Shown: positions 44,530 through 51,963 of the stretch, in pieces
Layout of the letters: every line of letters starts with the position of its first letter
Position numbering within the stretch: the first letter of the stretch is position 1
Assembly (NCBI GenBank): GCA_963707335.1
Contig: CAVPQD010000026.1
Location: forward strand, 9,738 to 73,737
Reading direction: 5' to 3'
Length of the DNA: 64,000 bases
From: an uncultured Thermoleophilia bacterium
Lineage (GTDB): Bacteria; Actinomycetota; Thermoleophilia; UBA2241
The notes under the pieces: model-generated
Database searches by the model: none
What the model was told of the DNA's origin: nothing
The model's input: the letters and a program-made list of their open reading frames with translations, nothing else
Made by a program: the position numbers and the translations under genes

Positions 44530-45299
44530 ACGCTTTCGCCGACACCTGGTTCATGACCGTGCGGCACCTGCGCAACCTCTTCCGTCAGCCGGCGTGGATC
44601 ATGATCTCGCTCATCCAGCCCGTCGTGTGGCTGTTGCTCTACGGCGCGCTGTTCAAGCGGATCGTCGAGATCCCCGGCTTTGGCGCGGGCTCCTACATCG
44701 ACTTCCTCACGCCCGGCGTCGTCGTCATGACGGCGCTGTTCAGCGCCGGCTGGAGCGGCATGGGCCTCATCGAGGACGTCAAGGGCGGCGTGGTCGACCG
44801 CTTCCTGGTGTCGCCCGCCAGCCGGAGCTCGCTCATCTGGGGACGCATCGTGCAAAACGGCATCGTCGCCGTGATCCAGGCTCTCATCATCATCGTCCTG
44901 GGCCTGATCATCGGCGCCGACTACCCGGGCGGCGTGCCGGGCCTGATCGCACTCACCGTCGCCGCCGTGCTGCTGGGCGCCGGCTTCGGCGGGCTGTCCA
45001 ACGCCATCGCCATCCTCTCGCGCAAGGAGGAGACGATGATCGCGGCCAGCAACTTCGTGCTGCTGCCGCTCACGTTCCTGTCGTCGGTGTTCATGGCGCA
45101 GGCCCTCATGCCGACCTGGATGCAGGACGTGGCGAAGTACAACCCGGTCAACTGGGCGGTGCAGGCCGGGCGCGAGGCGCTCGCCGCCAGCACCGACTGG
45201 AGCATGGTGATGACGCGCATCGGCGCCCTGCTGGTGTTCGCCCTGGTCTGCGGCTGGCTCGGCACGCGCGCCTTCCGCGTCTATCAACGCTCCGTCTGA
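44526..45299 (+). CDS. ABC-2 type transporter permease (DrrB-like)
   Basis: Six TM segments. ATGA overlap with the ATPase gene. Confidence 0.85.
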   Translation: MNAFADTWFMTVRHLRNLFRQPAWIMISLIQPVVWLLLYGALFKRIVEIPGFGAGSYIDFLTPGVVVMTALFSAGWSGMGLIEDVKGGVVDRFLVSPASRSSLIWGRIVQNGIVAVIQALIIIVLGLIIGADYPGGVPGLIALTVAAVLLGAGFGGLSNAIAILSRKEETMIAASNFVLLPLTFLSSVFMAQALMPTWMQDVAKYNPVNWAVQAGREALAASTDWSMVMTRIGALLVFALVCGWLGTRAFRVYQRSV

Positions 45300-45336
45300 C
45301 CGGTAGCGGGCTCGCCTCCGGCCTGCCCGCTACCGG
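45300..45336. terminator. Bidirectional terminator hairpin
   Basis: 12-bp stem ccggtagcgggc / gcccgctaccgg directly after the permease stop. Confidence 0.6.
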
Positions 45337-45435
45337 TCCTTGCCGCGGCGACGCTTCTTGTGCTTCTTTGCTGCCGGGCGCGACGCGCAGGGGTGCGATG
45401 AGCGCGGCGATCCGCTTGGACCCGTGATCGGCCAT
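45330..45435 (-). CDS. Candidate 34-aa highly basic peptide downstream of thrC (needs removal of one A in the run at 45367-45369)
   Basis: GAGGAG lies 7 nt before the ATG at 45435. MADHGSKRIAALIAPLRVAPGS has high GC3. The +1 frame continues KKHKKRRRGKDR*, with the stop inside the terminator stem. As given, the frame instead runs on antisense to the permease. Confidence 0.3.
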
Positions 45436-45469
45436 ACGGCGGCTCCTCGTGCCTGTGAGCGATCCCTCG

Positions 45470-46993
45470 CTAGCTGCCCAGCCAGCCGCGGATGCTCGCC
45501 TCGAGCGCTTCGCGGCTGCCGTCCACGCGCGTGTCGAAACGCACCTTGCGCTCGCGCACGGCCTGCAACGAGGCAGGCACGACCGCGTCATGTGCGAGCT
45601 GCGTGACGCGGTCCAGGAGCGCGAGCTCGTCGCCGTCGCCGACGGGTGCGCCGGCCGGCGCACCCGTGAGGCCGCGGACGGTGTCGGCGGCGAACTTGCT
45701 CCAGTGCGCGGTGCTGACGACCAGCACCGGTCCGTCGCCGCCGAGCTCCGCGGCCACCTTCCACGCCACCGCCGTGTGAGGGTCCATGAGGTAGCCGCGC
45801 TCGGCGTAGACCTCGCCGATGGTCCGCAGACAGGTGTCGTTGTCCACCCATGCGCCCTCGAACTCGCCGCGCAGCTTGGCCAGTGTGGCCTCGTCCACGC
45901 TGAAGCGTCCCTGCTCGCGCAGGTCCTGCATCCAGCCGCGGATGAGTGCAGCGTCGCCGCAGAGGTCGAACAGCAGGCGCTCCAGGTTGGACGACACGAG
46001 GATGTCCATGGAGGGCGACGGCGTCTTCACCAGCGAGCGCGTGGAGATGTCGTAGACGCCGGTGGCGATGAAGTCGGCCAGCACGTTGTTGGTGTTGCTC
46101 GCGCACAGCAGCCGGCCGAGCGGCACGCCCATGCGCTTGGCGTAGTAGGCCGCCAGGATGTTGCCGAAGTTGCCCGTGGGCACGCACACGTCCAGGGCGT
46201 CGCCCGCGTGGATGCGGCCGCCGCCGGCCATGTCGGCGTAGGCGCTCACGTAGTAGGCGATCTGCGGCATGAGCCGGCCCCAGTTGATCGAGTTGGCCGA
46301 GGACAGCGACAGGCTGTGGCGCTCGGCCAGCTCCTTCGCGAAGGCGTCGTCGTCGAACACGGCCTTCACCGCGGTCTGGCACGCGTCGAAGTCGCCGGCC
46401 ACGCGGAACACGGTGAGGTTGTCGCCAGGCTGCGTGATCATCTGGCGCTCCTGCACCGCGGACACGCCGGCGTCGGGGTAGTACACGATGATCTTCGTGT
46501 GGGCGCGATCCGCGAAGCCGTTGAGCGCGGCCACGCCCGTGTCTCCCGAGGTCGCCACCAGGATCAGGAAGTCGAGGCTGGTGCGACCTGACGCGTGCGC
46601 CTGGCCCAGCGCCTGGCTGAAGAACAGCGGCATGCACTGCAGCGCCATGTCCTTGAAGGCCAGCGTGGGTCCGTGCCACAGCTCCAGCACGTGACGGCTC
46701 CGCGTCACCGCGCGCACGGGCGCAACGCGCGGGTCGTTGAAGTTCGGCCCATAGGACTCGGCGGCGATGGCGAGGATGCGCGCGGCGTCCACGTCCAGGC
46801 CGAAGGCCTGGTACACCCACGCCGCGCGCTCGAAGTACGGCAGCTTCGCCAGAGCCAGGAGGTCGTCGAGCGTGACCTGCGGCAACCGCTCCGGCACGAA
46901 CAGCCCGCCGCCGGGGGCGATGCCGTCCAGGATGGCCTCACTGAAGGTGCGGGGCTGGTCGATGAGGCCGCGCGTGTCGCGGTAGGTGATCAT
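45470..46993 (-). CDS. thrC: Threonine synthase (long form)
   Basis: PLP-lysine HGPTLAFKDMALQ, ATSGDTG and SANSINWGR. The ATG at 46993 lies inside the long ORF 45470..47566. Confidence 0.9.
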   Translation of the reverse strand: MITYRDTRGLIDQPRTFSEAILDGIAPGGGLFVPERLPQVTLDDLLALAKLPYFERAAWVYQAFGLDVDAARILAIAAESYGPNFNDPRVAPVRAVTRSRHVLELWHGPTLAFKDMALQCMPLFFSQALGQAHASGRTSLDFLILVATSGDTGVAALNGFADRAHTKIIVYYPDAGVSAVQERQMITQPGDNLTVFRVAGDFDACQTAVKAVFDDDAFAKELAERHSLSLSSANSINWGRLMPQIAYYVSAYADMAGGGRIHAGDALDVCVPTGNFGNILAAYYAKRMGVPLGRLLCASNTNNVLADFIATGVYDISTRSLVKTPSPSMDILVSSNLERLLFDLCGDAALIRGWMQDLREQGRFSVDEATLAKLRGEFEGAWVDNDTCLRTIGEVYAERGYLMDPHTAVAWKVAAELGGDGPVLVVSTAHWSKFAADTVRGLTGAPAGAPVGDGDELALLDRVTQLAHDAVVPASLQAVRERKVRFDTRVDGSREALEASIRGWLGS

Positions 46994-47002
46994 CGCCTTG
47001 GG

Positions 47003-47008
47003 ATTGTA
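47003..47008 (-). promoter_or_regulatory. -10-like TACAAT, 9 nt before the thrC ATG
   Basis: Minus strand reads gtgtgTACAATcccaaggcgATG. Confidence 0.4.
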
Positions 47009-47016
47009 CACAGAAC

Positions 47017-47049
47017 GCACTGCGCCGCGCCGCCGGCGCGGCGCAGTGC
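47017..47049 (-). terminator. Hairpin between the acidic small ORF and thrC
   Basis: 15-bp stem gcactgcgccgcgcc / ggcgcggcgcagtgc with a 3-nt loop. Confidence 0.5.
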
Positions 47050-47145
47050 CGCGTCCGACCGGTCCGCCCAGCAGCGGGGAGCGCAGACGACGCGCGGCAC
47101 GCACTGCCGGGTCGCCGAGGCCGGTCCGCCGTCCGCAAGGGCGGC

Positions 47146-47472
47146 CTACTCGTCCTCGTCGGCTTCTACCGCGGCCTCGTCGTGCATCGCGCCGTGGAGG
47201 CCGGCGACGTGTACCACATCGCTGATCTCGCCGGATCCGGGCGGGGCGGTGAAGTCGACCTCCTCCTCGGCCTCGACGGCGGCCTCGTCGTGCATGGCTC
47301 CGTGCGTGGTGCGCGTCGCAGCGCCCGCGTCGCGTCCGGGACGCGTGCCGGGAGACGCGCCGCTTCCGACGCGACTCGGCTGGATGTCTTCCGCCGCGTC
47401 CGACGTCGGCTCGATCGCGCTGTACTCCTCGAGTCGGTCGCCCTGGTCCCGTGGCCTGGGATACTGGTCCAT
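47146..47472 (-). CDS. Small acidic hypothetical protein (108 aa) with a duplicated HGAMHDEAAVEA motif
   Basis: GGAGGGAGG lies 5 nt before the ATG at 47472. The motifs are THGAMHDEAAVEAEEE and LHGAMHDEAAVEADEDE. Confidence 0.6.
   Translation of the reverse strand: MDQYPRPRDQGDRLEEYSAIEPTSDAAEDIQPSRVGSGASPGTRPGRDAGAATRTTHGAMHDEAAVEAEEEVDFTAPPGSGEISDVVHVAGLHGAMHDEAAVEADEDE
47171..47295 (-). repeat. 17-nt exact direct repeat, 108 nt apart, inside the coding sequence
   Basis: gcggcctcgtcgtgcat occurs at 47171-47187 and 47279-47295. Confidence 0.85.
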
Positions 47473-47623
47473 CGTGGCCTCCCTCCGGTTCCGCCGGCGA
47501 CGTGGCTGTCGCCGTCTCGCCGCACGGGTCCCCATCTTTGACGTAGCCGCCGGCAAGGCTTTCCACGCCGTTGCGGGGCCGGGACGCGTGGTCGCGGGCG
47601 CCGTGTCGACTGATGGAGACGGG

Positions 47624-49522
47624 CTACGGCCGCGGCAGCGGGTGGCGAGGTCGCGCGCGCCCGGCCGGCGACAGACCCGCGCGGCTCACGTGCACGCGGG
47701 AGGGATCTATGCCGCCCGCGACGGCGTGCCGGGCGGCGGCTCGGCTGGGGACGATGACGACGTCGAGCCGCCCGTAGAACCAGCGGAGGTAGCGGGCGAG
47801 CAGGGGCGGGGCGGCCATGGTCGTCGCCACGAGCTCGGCGTGAGCGGCGCCGCAGGCGCCGCTCACCGGCAGGTGCAGCAGGCGTGCGCCGGCCAGGCCG
47901 GCGAGGCCCATCGGACCCGGCCCGGTCACGTGCAGGGCCTCCGCACCGCTCTCCTCGAGGTGGTCCAGCACGTCCAGCAGCGGCGGCACGCGCAGCGTGG
48001 TGCCGCCGGCCGACAGCTCGCCGAGCGTGCGGAACGTGACGATCTCACCATCGGCGCCCGGCGCCTGTCCGGCCCGTTGGTGGAGCGACAGGATCTGGAC
48101 GCGCAGAGCGGCCTGCGCGTCGCGACCCGCCCAGGCAGGATCGAAGGCCGCGCCGTCGCCGCCCGGCGCGGCGTCCGTGAGCACGGCCAGGCTGAGCGGG
48201 CTCGCCGTCTGCGCCGCCGGTGCGCCCGCCGTTCCCGCGGCCGGTCCGGCCGCGCCTCGGCCGTGCACAAGCTGCTCCCGCAGGCGGGCTTGCACGCCCC
48301 TGTCGCGACTCTGCAAGTGCCATGCCATGAAGTACGGGAGCTCCAGGAAGTGGACCATGCCGACGGCGAACGACGACTGCAGGAACCGTTTGAACGGCAG
48401 CGGGCCAGGCGCGAGCAGCGGCGCCAGATGCTGCTCCAGCACATTTCCGGCGAGGCGCGAGACCACCCTGAACAGGCGCTCGTCCAGCTCCCTGGCGCCG
48501 ACGGCCGCGATGCCGTGCGGCGCGGCCAGCGGGCCGAGCAGCTCGTCCAGCAGGGCCTCCCACTCGGGGCCGCGGCGGTCGCCGTCGCGGTACAGGCCCG
48601 GCGCCATGCTGCGCACGCCGCGCACCGTCTTCTCCAGCACCGGCACGTCGCGGCCGATGCGGCCGAAGCCCTTGCGCAGCAGGCCCAGGGCGCGCTGGTG
48701 GGCCGCCTCGTCGTCGAGTCGCAGGATCTCGCGCACGCGCCAGAACGAGGCGGCGTAGATGCTGTGCGCCAGCAGGCGCGCGTCGCCGTCGTCACCGCCC
48801 GGCGCGCAGTCGCCGCGGGCGACGGCGGCGAAGAAGTCCTGCAGGCCGCCGTCGCTCGCGGCGACGGTATGGGCGCCGGCCACGAACAGGCCGCTGTGGT
48901 CGTCAGAGCCGCCGACGAGCGACTTCCGCCAGGGCGTCGCGCCGTGTGGCGCGACGCCCTGGCGCTCCGCCATCGCCGCGATGCGCTCAGGCGTGAGCGA
49001 CGCGACCACGTCCTGCAGCAATCCGTTGCAGCGCGTCGTGCGCGACCCGTTGCGCGCCTCCAGCACATTGAACAGCAGCAGGCATCTCTCGGCGATGTCG
49101 GGAGTGAGCCTGCCGTCCATGTCGAAGAGCGGGTGCGCGAGGTAGTGCAGCACGCCCGCCTCGCGCAGACAGGTCACGAGGTCGTAGACGGAGGCTCGCG
49201 CCGCCATCGCTTCGGTGAACGTCGCCTCGTCGATGCCGGACGCGACCACGTGTACGCGACACCCGTTCTCGGGGAACCAGGTGTCGAACTCGGCGCTCAG
49301 GAAGGTCCCGGGCAGGTGGGCGATGGCGAGTGCCCCGGCGAGCGAGTTGTGGTCGGTGATGGTGACGAAGTCCATGCCGCGGGCGCGGGCGAGCTCGTAG
49401 ACCTCGAGGGGCTCGGTATAGGACTCCTGGCCGCGCAGCATCTTGAGGCCCTTGATGCGGGGCTGGTCGGAATGCCGCGAGTGGACGTGGAGGTCAGCTC
49501 TGGTGGTGGCGCCGCGACTCAC
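47624..49522 (-). CDS. PHP-domain phosphoesterase fused to a GT4-type glycosyltransferase N-terminal half (C-terminal GT domain absent)
   Basis: ADLHVHSRHSD and FVTITDHN (PHP). The C-terminal ...ALHVTGPGPMGLAGLAGARLLHLPV...RLDVVIVPSRAAARH...IDPSRVHV looks like a GT-B N-domain. The ORF stops where the donor-binding domain should begin. Confidence 0.65.
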   Translation of the reverse strand: MSRGATTRADLHVHSRHSDQPRIKGLKMLRGQESYTEPLEVYELARARGMDFVTITDHNSLAGALAIAHLPGTFLSAEFDTWFPENGCRVHVVASGIDEATFTEAMAARASVYDLVTCLREAGVLHYLAHPLFDMDGRLTPDIAERCLLLFNVLEARNGSRTTRCNGLLQDVVASLTPERIAAMAERQGVAPHGATPWRKSLVGGSDDHSGLFVAGAHTVAASDGGLQDFFAAVARGDCAPGGDDGDARLLAHSIYAASFWRVREILRLDDEAAHQRALGLLRKGFGRIGRDVPVLEKTVRGVRSMAPGLYRDGDRRGPEWEALLDELLGPLAAPHGIAAVGARELDERLFRVVSRLAGNVLEQHLAPLLAPGPLPFKRFLQSSFAVGMVHFLELPYFMAWHLQSRDRGVQARLREQLVHGRGAAGPAAGTAGAPAAQTASPLSLAVLTDAAPGGDGAAFDPAWAGRDAQAALRVQILSLHQRAGQAPGADGEIVTFRTLGELSAGGTTLRVPPLLDVLDHLEESGAEALHVTGPGPMGLAGLAGARLLHLPVSGACGAAHAELVATTMAAPPLLARYLRWFYGRLDVVIVPSRAAARHAVAGGIDPSRVHVSRAGLSPAGRARPRHPLPRP

Positions 49523-49529
49523 GCCGCCC

Positions 49530-49535
49530 ACTCTA
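49530..49535 (-). promoter_or_regulatory. -10-like TAGAGT, 7 nt before the GTG at 49522
   Basis: Minus strand reads ggggTAGAGTgggcggcGTGagt. Confidence 0.4.
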
Positions 49536-49584
49536 CCCCATCGCGGCGCGGCTCGCCCTTTGCGCGGTCGCGACCGTTTGTGGG

Positions 49585-49590
49585 TAGGCT
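49585..49590 (+). promoter_or_regulatory. -10-like TAGGCT, 6 nt before the ATG at 49597
   Basis: Reads gtgggTAGGCTctggccATG. Confidence 0.4.
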
Positions 49591-49596
49591 CTGGCC

Positions 49597-50133
49597 ATGG
49601 TCACGACCCATCATGCCGTGCTCACGGCCGTCGGCGCCGACCGCCCCGGCCTGGTCGACGAGGTGGCGCGCTACGTGCTCGAGCGGGGCGGCAACCTCGA
49701 GGACAGCCGCATGGTGAACCTGCACGGGCAGTTCGCCATGATGATGCTGGTCGCCGGCCCAGACGACGTGATCGGCCGGCTTCACGACGGCCTGCAGGCT
49801 CTGGAACGCGACAGCCGCGTGCGTGCGGAGCTCCACGACGCCGACCTCACGCAGGGCCTGGCGTCGGCTGCCGCCATCCCGTATCGCCTGAACACCTGGG
49901 CCATGGACCACCCCGGCCTGGTCCAGTCTGTGGCGCATCTGCTCGGCGGTCTGGGGGTCAACATCGAGAGCGCCGACACCTCGCTGCGACCTGCTCCCTA
50001 CACCAACACGCCGCTGTTCGAGATGGAGCTCGTCGTGGCCGTGCCGGCCGACCTTCACGTCGCCGACCTGCGCGAGGCCCTGGGCCGGCTCTGCGACGAG
50101 CTCAACATCGACTGGCAGCTCACGGCGCTGTAG
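49597..50133 (+). CDS. Tandem ACT-domain protein (GcvR-like)
   Basis: Two ACT-like units: AVLTAVGADRPGLVDEVARYVLERGGNLEDS and LNTWAMDHPGLVQSVAHLLGGLGVNIES. Confidence 0.75.
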   Translation: MVTTHHAVLTAVGADRPGLVDEVARYVLERGGNLEDSRMVNLHGQFAMMMLVAGPDDVIGRLHDGLQALERDSRVRAELHDADLTQGLASAAAIPYRLNTWAMDHPGLVQSVAHLLGGLGVNIESADTSLRPAPYTNTPLFEMELVVAVPADLHVADLREALGRLCDELNIDWQLTAL

Positions 50134-50134
50134 A

Positions 50135-50163
50135 CGCGCCGCCCCCTTGCGGGTCCCGGCGCG
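50135..50163. terminator. Hairpin between convergent genes
   Basis: cgcgccg / cggcgcg stem with an inner ccc/ggg pairing. Confidence 0.35.
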
Positions 50164-50178
50164 CCTCGGCGCCTCAGC

Positions 50179-51910
50179 TCACGTGTCCTGCGCCGCCCCG
50201 TCCTGAGCCAGCAGCCGCGCCGCTTCGTCGGCGGCGAAGGCGGGCCAGGGCGCGGGCCGGCCGCGCTCCCGCGCGGTGACGCGGGCGCCCGGCTCGCCCA
50301 GGCTGCCGATGACGACGGCGGCGATGCCGGCGGCCCGCAGCGCCGCGAGCAGCGCCGCAGACTCCTCGGGACGGCAGCAGACGAGCAGGCTGCCCGAGCC
50401 GATGAGCCCCAGCGGGTCCGCGCCCAGCAGGTCACACAGGCGCCGCGTCTCGGGCAGCACGGGGATCCACTCGCGCCGCACGACGACGCCGCGGCCGGTG
50501 GCCGCGGCCAGCTCGCGCAGCGCCGTCGCCAGGCCGCCCTCGGTGACGTCGTGCAGGGCGCGGACGCCGGCGAAGCCGGTCGCGATCCGCGCCTCAGGGA
50601 CGACGCTGACCTGCTCGAGGAGCCGCGCGCACGCGCGCAGCTCCTCCTCCCTCATGCCGAGCGCGGCCAGGCGGGGGCGCAACTCGCGCGCCAGCAGGGC
50701 CGTTCCTTCCACGGCGACGCCCTTGGTGAGGATCACCTCGTCGCCGGTCCGAGCGCCGCGCTTGTCGCGAAGGTCGGCGCGGCGCACCGTCCCGAGCATC
50801 GTGCTCGACACCACGGCGCGCGTCACGGCGTCCGTGACCTCGGTGTGGCCGCCGATCAGGGCTACGCCCTCCGCGGCGGCCGCATCCCCGATATCGCCCA
50901 ACAGGGCCAGGGCCTGCGACCCGGTCGTGCCGAGCGGCAGCAGCACGGTCGTGAGCAGCCACCGCGGCGTCGCGCCGGCGGCGGCGATGTCGTTGGCGTT
51001 CACGAGCACGGCCCACCGGCCGACGTCGCCCGTCGCCAAGGTGATCGGGTCCCCGTGCACGGCCAGGACCTCGTCGCCACGGATGTCCAGCGCCGCGACG
51101 TCCTCGCCCACACCGGGCGCGACGATCACCTCGTCGGCGGCGGCGAGGCCGGCCAGATACCGGGCGAGCAGGTCGTTCGGCAGCTTGCCGGCGGGCAGCG
51201 GCAGGCCGAGCCGGACGACCTCGGCGAGCTCGGCCAGCCGGTGCACGACCACATCGGCCTCGCGGACGGCGCGCTCGGCGAGCGCCGCTTCGCCCGCGTC
51301 CTGCTGCGGCGCGTCGGCGCCGGCTCCTGCCTCCGGGCCGCCGTTCGTCAGGAATGCGGTCACGGCGCCGGCCGCCTTCCCGGCCTGGACGTCCAGCAGG
51401 AAGTCGCCGACCACGAGCGTCTCGGAGGGGGACACGCCCATCGCCGCGCAGGCGTGCAGCACGCCGTCCGGCGCCGGCTTGTGGGCCAGGCCGTCGTCAC
51501 GCGTCACGACGACGTCGAACCACCTCAAGCGGCAGCCCAGGGACCTGCTCGAGCGCCCGGGCCACCGCGGCGCGGCGGTTGCGGGTGAGGAGGCCCACGC
51601 GCAGTCCGGCGTCGCGGAGCCCGCGCACCAGATCGACGGCGCCCTCGTTCGGCGTCGAGCCGGCCGCTCCCTGCAGCTCGAAGAGCTCCAGCGCCGCCTC
51701 GGCCGCGTCCCGCTCTTGCCCTACAAGGCCCTCGATGAATTCGAGCACGAAGCGGTCCGGCGGGCAGCCCACCTGCCGCTTGATGGCGTCGAAGTCGAGG
51801 GCCCCGGGATGTGTGATCGTGCCGTCGAAGTCGAACAGGACGGCGCGCAGCCGGAACGGCCGAAGCCGGCGGGCTGCTGCGCGCTCCTGTCGCGATGGCT
51901 GCTGCTGCAC
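50179..51910 (-). pseudogene. HAD-family phosphatase fused to an AIR-synthase-related (PurM/HypE/ThiL-fold) protein, frame break near 51520
   Basis: AAGGAG lies 6 nt before the GTG at 51910. HAD motif I is VLFDFDGTIT. ...LEQVPGLPL | RWFDVVVTRDDGLAHKPAPD continues in the +1 frame. Then GVGEDVAAL...GDPI...NDIAAAGA...IGGHTEV. Confidence 0.75.
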
Positions 51911-51963
51911 GCGACGCTCCTTCGGGCCGGGTCGCACTCTACGCTACCCCGGCCGCGGCGCCT

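Noticed and set aside
47473-47685. The acidic small ORF could be the frameshifted C-terminus of the PHP-GT gene, because its frame is the +1 frame and is open from 47685. A related option is the TTG start at 47556.
   Set aside because: The intervening translation (ARDLATRCRGRSPSPSVDTAPATT...RRRQPRRRRNRRE) is not GT-like. A strong GGAGGGAGG SD sits directly before the ATG at 47472.
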